A stretch of DNA of 64,000 nt from Hemiscyllium ocellatum (lineage: Eukaryota), in assembly GCF_020745735.1 (NCBI RefSeq), contig NC_083413.1, positions 28,768,001 to 28,832,000 on the forward strand, read 5' to 3'. Every line of letters begins with the position of its first letter. Position 1 is the first letter of the stretch. The notes beneath the pieces are model-generated. The model saw nothing but the letters and a program-made list of their open reading frames with translations. It ran no database searches and was not told the origin of the DNA. Positions 51,951 through 63,654 of the stretch are shown here, one piece after another. The translations under genes and the position numbers were made by a program.

Positions 51951-54092
51951 ATCCAATCTTCATAACACAGAACTAATTACAACAGCTCTCCTTGCAGCAA
52001 TTAAAAAAAGTCTCCTACTTACAGCTTCTATTATTGCACTAATGTTTATAATTTAACACATCTTTCATCTCCTAATCTGTAAAAGACTTGGTGGGATTCA
52101 GGACACAGCACAATATATTGTACTAAGATAGTTCTATCTCAGTACAAAATAGCTGCTATTAATATTTAATTTCATCATTGCACCCTCCTAAAGGGTACTG
52201 GACCTATGGTACATTGTTCAACACCATAATGCAGGCTGAGCGCAACTACTTGGTGCCAATGAGGGTTTGAACATTCTAAGTTAAAGTTGTGTCAAGGAGT
52301 GTGAAACCACAGTACCAGATAAGGCAGTTTATTTTCAGAATCATAACCAGAACTTCCATCTGCAAGTACCCAGCAGTTAAGATAAAGATCAGTTTCTGAT
52401 TTAAATACTTAGCTAAAAGCACTGGACTATTATAGAAGGAAGTTTTAATGATTTTTCAATTACAGATTTCATTTCAAGTAATTGGGACAATTTACTGTTG
52501 CAATGGAATACATATTTTACCAAAACATTGAATATATAGATTCTAGGTTTACTCTGGGTTCAGATGGCAAAGAGCAAAATTTTACAAGATTTAACTATGG
52601 GAGAGAAAGAAAATCAAACATAAAATCTGAAATCTATTTGCAGTATTGTTGCAGAGCAGTGTGAGGCTAGCTGTCTACATTTTCCCCAATATTTCAAAAC
52701 TGAGCACATCTAGAAACATTCTCACTCTCAAATACGCATTTATTTAAAAATTTCTGCACTTAGTTTTAGTTTCCATCGTTTAGTTTTAGAAAGGCAAATT
52801 AAAAGTTAACATTGGTCAGACACTAGTTTTCTAGGTTAAAAGTCACATGATTTGACCACTGTGAAAAATATTAAATAAAGTGGAACTATAAAAGTACAGT
52901 AGTGTAATGGTAGTATTATTTATTCTGAGCACAAGCTTAAATTCCTCCATTGCTGTTTGCAAATTTTGTTTTTAAAAAAGATAGCAGTAAAATGAGTATG
53001 AAGGTGTTGGATTGAAGACATTAAAAAGCCCAGTAATGAACCTGTGGGTCCTTGCCTAATTTTATATATATAATGTGACTGCAGTCTCATCCCAACACAA
53101 ATCACAAATAGTTCAGGAGATCCACCATTTCAGGCCAATTTTGGGATGGACAACAAATGCCAATCTAGCTAGCAATGTTCACAGTCAAACTAAAAGCGAA
53201 AGGTTGGCATTACCCAAGTTTGCAATATCTCAATATGCCTCAATATTTGATGTTTAAAATGAAATAAATTCTGCACGGAGCCTAGTTCGTTTTTCATTTT
53301 CCAGAGATGATATAGCTGAAATAAACTACAAAATAATAATACTTTGTTTAAACAGTAAGGGAAAAGGCTTTTCATCAGTAAAATGCAAGGCAAAAACATG
53401 CACCAAGTTAAAGATCAAATTATAACTATGTTACTCCAGAAAATCCATTCCATTGTTTTACTAATAAACTGGAGAAGCACAGCCCATCAAACATGAGAGA
53501 GAGAAAACTTCAGAAATAATTTAAAAAATATGCTTTGGGTTAAACAGGTTAAATTTTAGCATTGATGTCCAACTGTGATCATTGCCTCTGGCATTCACAG
53601 TCCTGTTCCCAGAGTTCCTGTTTTCTTGTTAATGAAAACATCTTCATTTTTAAACATGCTGCAGCTTAACACAATGACCTCATGGTCATTAAATATCTGT
53701 GGGAAAAGTGAAAATCTCCCCAATGGATACAAAGAGGGGATTCTCACTTAATAATACCTGGAACAATTTCTACACTAAGACTTCAGTTTCCCCCTTAATG
53801 TAAATTTAACCACTTCCTTTACTTTAGAGGTTCTCAAAATATGCAGACAAAAAGGAAGTCTAAATTTTTACTCTACTGCTACATGCAATTTGTCAGCAAC
53901 AGGCCATTCGAGCAAAGTTGTGCTTTTATTAAGTCTGAATGTGCTCAGGCCATGCATGCACCTGGAAAGAGGTAAACACCGCAACTGTTTCTTCAGTACT
54001 TCCTCCCTGCTTTCTGTACATCATGTAACAGAACTGGCAGACCAATTTCCTGGAATGAAATTTCCTGGGAGGAGTCTTAATCACCTGGCAGC

Positions 54093-54203
54093 TCACTCCA
54101 TCAGTTTGCACTCACATAGTTCTCTGTAGATCAGCTTTCTTACTTCAGGCATGTCTTTCTGAGAAAACTGAAATGGTCTTCCAAGAGCCAGGCACTTGCA
54201 GTA
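54093..54203 (-). CDS. SENP5: SENP5 (SUMO protease) last coding exon
   Basis: Acceptor CCTTTCTAG. Encodes [36 protein letters not shown], resembling the recalled human C-terminus [36 protein letters not shown]. Confidence 0.94.
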   Translation of the reverse strand, partial: YCKCLALGRPFQFSQKDMPEVRKLIYRELCECKLME

Positions 54204-54784
54204 CTAGAAAGGCAATGGAAATATGTCATCAGCACATAAATTCTATATATATATATGTAATATATATACACACAGAGAATTGGAGTGTGGAAATATTGGT
54301 AGAAAATGAGAAAACATACCACCAACTTAACATGTTGATTCAACAAAGAACAGAGGAACCAAGACAGGAAAATAAAATTATATAATCCCTGAGCACATTT
54401 GCAGAAACAAATGTATAACCAGTACAGAAGATCACGTGACCTCTATGTTGTGCACACCAAAAACAAGGGATCAGCAATACAAATTAACTAATTCCTTTTT
54501 GGTGATGGCTGAAGGCAGAACTTCCACTAGATTACTGGAATAAGTCCCTGTAATTGCTTCTGTAACATGGAACAATGGAAGAGATGTTGAAGGCAGTTAC
54601 ACTGCAGTGGAATGGGACTTTAATCATAATTATGAGACACAATGCTGCTAAGCTGATGATCCAAGCTGAGATGTACCATTTAGGTTTAGTACTTATTACC
54701 AGGGTAGTTAAATTCTCATCGCATTAGTATACTTGTCTATAATGAACCTTAACATTCCATTCATTTCATTACAGTGAACATTGC

Positions 54785-54960
54785 TTTAATTCTCTTGGTT
54801 GAACATTTCCACAAGTTGGCAGGTTTGTTTTCAGACGTTTCGTCACCATACTAGGTAACATCATCAGTGAGCCTCCAGATGAAGCACTGGTGGTATGGCC
54901 TATGTTCTATTTGTGTGTTTAGGTTTCCTTGGATTGGTGACGTCACTTCCAGTGGTTTGT
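54785..54960 (-). mobile_element. PLE family B terminal repeat, inverted partner of 58530-59110
   Basis: 54861-54950 is the reverse complement of ~59022-59109. Confidence 0.85.
54831..54870 (-). ncRNA. Minimal type I hammerhead ribozyme motif (PLE family B)
   Basis: Minus strand reads TCA-CTGATGA-T-GTTACC-TAGTAT-GGTGAC-GAAA-CG-TC-TGA, with an intact core, 6-bp stem II and 3-bp stem I. Confidence 0.7.
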
Positions 54961-54979
54961 ATGTGGATGGATGTGTATA

Positions 54980-55520
54980 CAGAGGAACCTCGATTATCTG
55001 AATATTGGATTATCCTAAGGAGATCTCAAGGTCCCGACAGAAACATTACATCAAAGAGAAATTTCCAATAGTGATCGCGTCTTTTGTTTACAGTGATTAA
55101 ACAGGCACCGTCTCTAAATGACTGACCTGCTCTCTCTCGCTGTCTCTCCCTCCCCACACTTTACCTGGAGTTCTACAGAGGGATGTACCCTAACCCACCC
55201 TTCCCCAGATAATCAGCACTGTACAGGGCAAACGTGGAACCTCAAAAAGTTATGTGTGCGCGCACGCTATTTGGAGACTTATCCCACAAAAGCAGTCTTA
55301 TTGTTGGTGTCCAGTCCAGCTGCCCCGGAGAGGGGGCAGGAGTGTACAGGGTTCGGGGGTGGGGGGGCGGCGAGGGCGGTGACTTGCACGCTGTAAACTG
55401 CTTTGTTTCCTGAACGGAAGCAGACTTTAAAAACTCCGAGCACCAGAGGAAAGGCATTTAATCAATTAATTGAACGAAATAGTGCCTGTCCATCTCGTTC
55501 CAACAATCGAGGTTCCCCTG
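54980..55520. mobile_element. Tigger/pogo-like MITE (541 bp)
   Basis: Termini TA|CAGAGGAACCTCGATT and AATCGAGGTTCCCCTG|TA. Confidence 0.85.
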
Positions 55521-55631
55521 TACACCTATACATAGAATATAGAAAAATACAGCGCAGTACAGGCCCTTTGGCCCTCGATGTTGCGTCAATCCAAGCCCAC
55601 CTAACCTACACTAGCCCACTATCCTCCATAT

Positions 55632-56650
55632 TTGAAAATGTGTTGCTGGTTAAAGCACAGGTCAGGCAGCATCCAAGGAATAGGAAATTCGACGTTTCGG
55701 GCATAAGCCCTTCATCAGGAATGAGGAGAGAGTGCCAGGCAGGCTAAGATAAAAGGTAGGGAGGAGGGACTTGGAGGAGGGGCGATGGAGATGTGATAGG
55801 TGGAAGGAGGTCAAGGTGAGGGTGATAGGCCGGAGTGGGGTGGAGGCGGAGAGGTTAGGAAGAAGATTGCAGGTTGGGAGGGCGGTGCTGAGTTGAGGGA
55901 ACCGACTGAGACAAGGTGGGGGGAGGGGAAATGAGGAAACTGGAGAAATCCGAGTTCATCCCTTGTGGTTGGAGGGTTCCCAGGCGGAAGATGAGGCGTT
56001 CTTCCTCCAACCGTCGTGTTGTTATGTTTTGCCGGTGGAGGAGTCCAAGGACCCTGCATGTCCTCGGTGGAGTGGGAGGGAGAGTTAAAGTGTTGAGCCA
56101 CGGGCTGGTTGGTCCGGGCGTCCCTGAGGTGTTCTCTGAAGCGTTCCGCAAGTAAACGGCCCGTCTCCACAATATAGAGGAGGCCACATTGGGTGCAGCG
56201 GATGCAATAGATGATGTGTGTGGAGGTACAGGTGAACTTGTGGTGGATATGGAAGGATCCCTTGGGGCCTTGGAGGGAAGTGAGGGAGGAGGTGTGGGCG
56301 CAAGTTTTACATTTCCTGCGGATGCAGGGGAAGGTGCCGGGAGTGGAGGTTGGGTTGGTGGGGGGTGTGGACCTGACGAGGGAGTCACGAAGGGAGTGGT
56401 CTTTGCGGAACGCTGATAGGGGAGGAGAGGGAAATATATCCCTGGTGGTGGCGGAAATGACGGCGGATGATACGCTGTATACGGAGGTTGGTGGGGTGGT
56501 AGGTGAGAACCAGTGGGGTTCTGTCTTGGTGGTGGTTGGAGGTGCGGGGCTCAAGGGCGGAGGAGCGGGAAGTGGAGGAGATGCGATAGAGGGCATCGTC
56601 GATCACGTTTGGGGGGAATCTGCGGTCCTTGAAGAAGGAGGCCATCTGGG
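55632..56650 (-). mobile_element. Penelope-like element (family A-related) with 13-bp TSD
   Basis: GIY-YIG peptide HIIYCIRCTQCGLLYIVETGRLLAERFREH. CTATCCTCCATAT is repeated at 55619-55631 and 56651-56663. Confidence 0.92.
55687..55722 (-). ncRNA. Minimal type I hammerhead ribozyme motif (PLE family A)
   Basis: Minus strand reads ATTC-CTGATGA-A-GGGC-TTAT-GCCC-GAAA-CG-TC-GAAT, with an intact core and 4-bp stems I and II. Confidence 0.7.
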
Positions 56651-58529
56651 CTATCCTCCATATGTCTATCCAATGCCCGTTTAAATGCCCATAAAGAGGG
56701 AGAGTCCACCACTGCTACTGGCAGGGCATTCCATGAACTCACGACTCGCTGAGTAAAGAATCTACCCTAACATCTGTCCTATACCTACCACCCCTGAATT
56801 TAAAGCTATGCCCCCTCGTAGTAGCTGACTCCATACGTGGAAAAAGGTTCTCATGGTCAACCCTATCTAAACCCCTAATTATCTTGTACACCTCTATCAA
56901 GTCACCCCTAAATCTTCTTTTCTCCAATGAAAACAGTCCCAAGTGCCTCAGCCTTTTCTCATATGATCTTCCTACCATACCAGGCAACATCCTAGTAAAC
57001 CTCCTCTGCACCCATTCCAATGCCTTCATATCCTTCCTATAGTATGGCAACCAAAACTGCACACAATACTCCAGATGCGGCCGCACCAGAGTCTTATACA
57101 ACTGCAACATGACCTCAGGACTCCGGAACTCAATTCCTCTACCAATAAAAGCCAGTACACCATACACCTTCTTCACAGCACTACTTACCTGGGTGGCAAG
57201 TTTCAGAGATCTGTGAACATGGACACCAAGATCCCTCTGCTTATCCACACTACCAAGTATCCAACCATTAGCCCTGTACCCCATCTTCTTGTTACTCTTA
57301 CCAAAGTGAATCACTTCACGTTTACCTACATTGAACTCCATTTGCCACCTTTCTGCCCAGCTCTGCAGCTTATTTATATCCCGCTGTAACCTGCCACATC
57401 CTTCCTCACTGTCAACAACTCCACTGACTTTCATATCATCCCCTCCTCCAGGTCATTTATAAAAACGACAAACAGCAATGGTCCCAAAACAGATCCTTGC
57501 GGAACATCGCTAGTAACTGCGCTCCAAGATGAACCTTTACCATCAACTACTACCCTCTGTCTTCTTCCAGCCAGCCAATTCCTAATCCAAACCTCCAACT
57601 CCCCCTCAATGCCATACCTCCGTATTTTTTGCAGTAGCCTACCATGGGGAACCTTATCAAACGCCTAACTAAAATCCATATACACCACATCAACCGCTTT
57701 ACCCTCGTCCACCTCCTTAGTCACCTTCTCAAAGAATTCAATAAGGTTTGCGAGGCACGACCTGCCCTTCACAAAACCATGCTGACTATCCTTGATCACA
57801 TTATTCCTATCCAGATGTTCATAAATCCTATCCCTTACAATTCTCTCTAAGACTTTGCCCACAACAGAAGTGAGACTCACCAGCCTATAGTTACTAGGGT
57901 TATCCCTATTCCCCTTCTTGAACAAGGGAACCACATTTGCTATCCTCCAGTCTTCTGGCACTATTTCTGTAGACATCGAGGCCATAAAAATCAAGGCCAA
58001 TGGCTCTGCAATCTCCTCCCTTGCTTCCCAGAGAATCCTAGGATAAATGCCATCAGGCCCAGGGGACCTATCTATTTTCACCCTTTCCAGAATTTCCAAC
58101 ACCTCTTCCCTACATACCTCAAAGCCATCCATTCTAATTAATTGTGACTCAATATGCACATCGGCAACAATGTGCTGTTCCTGAGCGAATACTGACGAAA
58201 AGTATTCATTCAGTGTCTCCCCAATCTCTTCAGCCTCCACACGCAACTTCCCACTCCTATCCTTGACTGGACCTATTCCTACCCTAGTCATCCTTTTATT
58301 CCTGACATACCTATAGAAAGCCTTTGGGTTTTCCCTAATCCTACCAACCATGGACTTTTCATGTCCTCTCCTTGCTGCTCTTAGCTCTCTCTTTAGATCC
58401 TTCCTGGCTACCTTATAACTCTCAATCGCCCCAATTGAACCTTCACGCCTCATCTTTACATAGGCCACCCTCTTCCCTTTAACAAGGGATTCCAATTCCT
58501 TATTAAACCACGGCTCCCTCACACGACCC

Positions 58530-59110
58530 TTTGAATACAGTGTATTCAAAAAGAATGAGTACCCAATGAACACAGTTTGCCGATTTCTTAGTAACAAACT
58601 TAAACAAGCAGAGAAAACACATCCAGAAACCCTAGCCACTCACCTCTTACATCAAAGACATCTCAGAAATGACTGCCAGACTACTCAAACCCTTTGGCAT
58701 CATGGTAGCTCACAAACCCACCAACACACTAAAACAGCAGCTAATGAATTTGAAAGACCCTGTACAGATAACAAGCAAAACTAATGTCATTTACAAAATA
58801 TCTTACAAGAACTGTAACAAACACTACATTGGACAAACAGGCAGAAAACTAGCCACAAAAAGCCATGACCCACTCTCACTACTATCCTTACATACAGATG
58901 AGGAAGGATACCAAGCCAAATAGAGAGACACTTGAGAATTCCTAGAAGCTTGGCATTCCAACCGGAACTCTTATCAACAAATTGATTTGAATCCTATTTA
59001 CAACCCCCGAGAAAAAGAACAGGAAATGATATCACCAACCCAATGAAACCTAAACACAAATTGAAAGCAGGCCATACCACCAGTGCTTCATCTGGAGGCT
59101 CACTGATGAT
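58530..59110 (+). mobile_element. PLE family B 3' fragment (GIY-YIG)
   Basis: Peptide NVIYKISYKNCNKHYIGQTGRKLAT. Similar to 7780-8350. Confidence 0.88.
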
Positions 59111-59592
59111 TGTTACACAGTTACACCATACTTAGCCTGCAATTTATTAATTTTAGACTCTCTCAACTGCTTCTCTAATAAAATCACTTCAAATGAAATA
59201 CTGTGGGTGAAGTGTTAAGATTTATCAGAGCTTTGGCATGGCAATATATAAATGAAAGGTTTATCCACTTTGCTTCCAGTGAAGGTGGTAAGGTAACCAT
59301 TTCTGGGTTACAGGTTTATTTGGACTAGTAGCCATTTCAAACCTCAAATATATTTTTTAAAAAGTTCATTTGAAATCCACTACATATGTACTGAAAAATG
59401 AAGAGAAAATTCTTCTCCCCATGATCCTGGATAATCCATTTGTGACTTTTCTGCTTTTATAAAGCGGTTTCAATCCTTGCTAGCTTGGAACCATTCTTAG
59501 CCTTCACATGGTTTTGAACATTTTACGAGTGATCTTGCTTCGCAACCACTTTTCACAACCAAATCCTAAAAGAAAATGGGAAATTACCATAC

Positions 59593-59643
59593 CTGAAGAA
59601 CGAACACACCACAGTCACTATCATTTTTCTGTTGAGGAATACA
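59593..59643 (-). CDS. SENP5: SENP5 penultimate coding exon (catalytic Cys)
   Basis: TAG acceptor, 51 bp encoding CIPQQKNDSDCGVFVLQ (Ulp1/C48 QxNxxDCG motif), donor CAG|GTATGG. Confidence 0.95.
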
Positions 59644-60299
59644 CTATGGGAGAGAATAACACAGACATTAATTACAATACATTAGTAGTTCATTTGCTAA
59701 ATTAGTCATTTAAAATATATTTTGCTTTAATAACCCTCAACTTAGCTTGGGGAGAAAGCAGAGCATGAGCCTGCGAAGAAATCCACCAGGAATAGAGAGA
59801 ATATGGACAGTGAGTGGGACTTGCAGCCCACCTTTACCTGGGAGAAAGAGCAGACCTGCAATTAAACACACCGGGGCAGAGATATATGAACAGAGCACAA
59901 GGATCAGGTCCATCCCATACCTGGGAGAGACAGTAGTCAGCATACCGGCAAGGAAATGCAGAGAGGACAAAGAGGACACAGCATTCGGTGAGCCTGCACA
60001 GGACATAACTGCAAGAAAATGCACATAACTGGAAGGAAATGCACAGGGGACAAAGCATTGGGTTAAGGCATACACTTACCTGGGAGAGTATGCAGAGGGT
60101 GCTTCGAGTGTGTTCTAAAATACCAGGTTTGAAAAAAAATCAAAAGACTACATCACAGCAAAGCCATAAGCTAGGGTGAGAAGTATTTGTTTGCGAAGAG
60201 CTATATTCATTGGACTGGATTGCAGAGTAATTGTTTTTTTTGCTTTCAATTTTGGATGAAGGTAAATAGTCTGAAAGTACACTTTCAGGCATAGCAGAA

Positions 60300-61200
60300 C
60301 AGTTCAGCTGTGTGGAATACTGTGCTGTGGTACGTGGGAAGTTGTGGATTCTTCATGTGGAAGGAATTGTCCATCTGCAAAATCTTGAGCTCTGGGTTCA
60401 GAACTTGAAAGTGACACTGCAGTCTATGGCACTCCCACATAGCTGTGAACCATGTGGATAGTATGTTTAATCAAGTGGTCATACTGTAGATTACGCAGAG
60501 GGGGAATGCATGATTTCCAGGCTGTTTAGAAAGACCATGGAGGTTGGGCAAAAATCCTGAATCTCTCACTCATGAACTGATTTTCCATTTTGGATACTGA
60601 TGATGGCAATAATTCATAAGAATAATGCAGTGGAAGACAAGCTTTTGGCACTGCAAATAGCTGAGGCACACACATGTGGGTGGAGGAAGAAGAATGCTGG
60701 ATAATTTTACAGTTGGGGACCAGACAGGCTGTTTAGTGGCTGTAGACATGTCTACAGGATGGTACATCACTGCCCTGATGCCAGGGTCTGGTATGTCACA
60801 GTGTAGCTGCAGGATTTTCTTTTGGGGAAGGGAGATAAGCCAGAGATTGTGCTGTACCTTTGCACCAATGACATAGGCAGAAAGAGGGATAAAGTCCTGA
60901 AATTAAAATTTTTTTCAGTTAAAATTTAGGGAGCTAAGCAAAAGACAGAAAAGCAAGACCTCAGGATTGCTCTCAATACTAAATGCTAGCCAGCATAGAA
61001 GTAAGAAACTTGAGTAAATGTTGGGTGGAATGGTGCAGGAGAAAGGACTTTAGAATTCTGGGGACTGAGTCTGTTCTGAGGCAGATGGAACCTGGACAAT
61101 GAGGATTACGTGATCAGGACTGGGACTAATATCCTCCCAGAGACATGTATTAGTATTTTTGCTGATGGGCTTAAACCAGTTTATCAGGGCGACAGAAATT
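60300..61200 (+). mobile_element. Heavily decayed CR1 ORF1-like region
   Basis: TGCACCAATGACATAGGCAGAAAGAGGGAT and GCAAGACCTCAGGATTGCT resemble the ORF1 esterase segment at 28800-29030. Confidence 0.55.
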
Positions 61201-61519
61201 TAAGAGGGATTTCAGATAGAAAAGCCAGTTATGAGAAGCAGAAAAGCTGTAACTGAATGTGGAAAACCTGGTACAGATCAGTGTCTGATATATGGCAATC
61301 TCTGTGATGTCAATTCAATGACTAATGCCAGTGATGTCAAGGCTGAAGGTTAGATTCTCTCTTGTTGGAGAATGTAATTACCTGGCAGCTGTGTAGCATG
61401 AATGTCACTTGCCATTTATCAGCCCAAGCCTGGATGTTGTCTGAGTAGTGCTGCATATGCAGAGAGACAGCTACAGATAGTGACACTCTGTAATGATATC
61501 CTAGGGCTATGATGATTGA

Positions 61520-61690
61520 CTTGAAAAATATGTTGCTGGAAAAGCACAGCAGGTCAGGCAGCATCAAAGAGGCAGGAGAATCGACGATTCAGGTATAAGC
61601 CCTTCTTCAGGAATGTTGATTCTCCTGCTCCTGCTGCGCTTTTCCAGCAACACATTTTTCAGCTCTGATCTCCAGCCCTCACTTTCTCCT
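61520..61690. mobile_element. Short inverted PLE family A terminal-repeat element
   Basis: GAAAAATATGTTGCTGGAAAAGCACAGCAGG is mirrored by CCTGCTGCGCTTTTCCAGCAACACATTTTTC. The flank ATGATGATTGAC is repeated on both sides. Confidence 0.8.
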
Positions 61691-63057
61691 ATGATGATTG
61701 ACCTCAACAACCATTACCACCATTTGCACACATTGGATGATCAGTGAATTCATGGCGCTACATGTTAAAGGGTATTATTTACATTAGCTACAGAGTGTTC
61801 AAGAGGAACTGATTATTATGGGATATTTGCATTTTGGAGTAGCCTAAAAGGAAAAGGAAGTAAAAGGTGTAGAATCTGCTTGGATGGAGCTAAGGAACAG
61901 CAAGGGGCAGCAAGTGTTGGTCAGAGAGATTTATAAGTCTGCAAACCATAGTGGCAATGTACATTCAGGATTAGTTGGGAAATTAACATTTCATAATCAA
62001 TTTAGTTATTATTACACATTGATTACTACAATATTCTGCTTAACTGCATCTAAACCAATTAGAAAAGAGTCTCACTTCACCTGGGACAATCGGGACGTAA
62101 TAACAATTGATTGTTGCAGGCTGGAAACTGTTGCTAAAAGCTGCTGCTTATTAACTAAGTTGCGCACCAAGTTTGAAATGAAAGTTAACCTGCTGTCCAA
62201 TTGGAAACTGAAAACCCAAGATCAAGTACCAACCTACACTCTTAAGTTGAACTGGAAAGCAACAGCCATAGTATGCCCATAGTATTATTCATAACTGAAA
62301 TAACGTTTCCTGAGTTACTGCAAGCCCTTCTCTTTTTGCCTCATTGGTTACAGTTTTATATGAGCAAATAAACCTTGGAATGAGAATTTAAGTTGCAATT
62401 TAAAATAGAAAAAGGGCACAGTACAAATCAGAAAACTAGGTGTTTGCATGTAGCAAGGGAATGGATGATTTCAACCTACATACAGACTGGGTAATTCTAA
62501 TGAAAACCAATGGATATGGAGGAAGAATTCATGGAATGTATTGGACATGATTTCTCAACACTGAGGAAAACTAACTAGGAAAAGATTATTGTAGATCTAG
62601 TAATCAGCAATGTGAAAGGGCTAATTAATAATATTGATATATGGTAGAATTTTCCATTAAGCTTGAAAAAGATATAGTTCAATGTGAAACAAGGATCTTC
62701 AATTGAAAGGCAACAATGAAGGCATGAGGAGGAAAATACAACGGTTTGACAATTGATACGCAATTTAAAGAATTAAATGCTTAGTTTTCAAAACAAAACA
62801 TTCCATTAAGATTCCAGGATGTGGAAACAGAAATTGGGTATTCAGCTCAGGTCTGTGCTGCCATTTAGTGAGTTCATGGCTGAATTGATGATCCTCAACA
62901 TCACTTTCCTGCCTTTTCTCCATAAGCCTTTTAATTTTAAAAAAATCTATCACATATACATTTAACAGTGTAGTCTTGGTAGCCATCTGTGGTAAAGAAT
63001 TCTACAGAATCGACATCACCTTCCGATAAAATTCCTTTTCATCTGTATCTTTATTCT

Positions 63058-63654
63058 GGGGGGGGGAGGGGAGAGAGAGAGAGAGGGGGAGACGGGGAGG
63101 GGGGGAGACGGGGAGGGGGGGAGACGGGGAGGGGGGGAGACGGGGAGGGGGGGAGACGGGGAGGGGGGGAGACGGGGAGGGGGGGAGACGGGGAGGGGGG
63201 GAGACGGGGAGGGGGGGAGACGGGGAGGGGGGGAGACGGGGAGGGGGGGAGACGGGGAGGGGGGGAGACGGGGAGGGGGGGGAGACGGGGAGGGGGGGAG
63301 ACGGGGAGGGGGGGAGACGGGGAGGGGGGGAGACGGGGAGGGGGGGAGACGGGGAGGGGGGGAGACGGGGAGGGGGGGAGACGGGGAGGGGGGGAGACGG
63401 GGAGGGGGGGAGACGGGGAGGGGGGGAGACGGGGAGGGGGGNNNNNNNNNNNNNNNNNNNNNNNNNNNNNNNNNNNNNNNNNNNNNNNNNNNNNNNNNNN
63501 NNNNNNNNNNNNNNNNNNNNNNNNNNNNNNNNNNNNNNNNNNNNNNNNNNNNNNNNNNNNNNNNNNNNNNNNNNNNNNNNNNNNNNNNNNNNAGGGAGAG
63601 GGGGGGAGACGGAGAGGGGGGGAGACGGAGAGGGGGGAGACGGAGAGGGGGGAG
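63058..63654 (+). repeat. G-rich minisatellite, 16-bp unit AGACGGGGAGGGGGGG, broken by assembly gaps
   Basis: More than 20 tandem units. N runs at 63442-63592 and 63655-63946. Confidence 0.95.

Larger units (their letters stand above)
55530..58530 (-). mobile_element. Relatively young CR1 ORF2 and 3' UTR, interrupted by a PLE
   Basis: Long open frames at 57665-58530 (SPGPDGIYPRIL, SQHGFVKGRSCL, VVYMDFS) and 56739-57434 (LVRPHLEYCVQFW). Confidence 0.93.

Noticed and set aside
59647-63050. Next upstream SENP5 exon (NIRKYL...VTK-like)
   Set aside because: I could not find it by eye. It probably lies beyond the window or in a gap.
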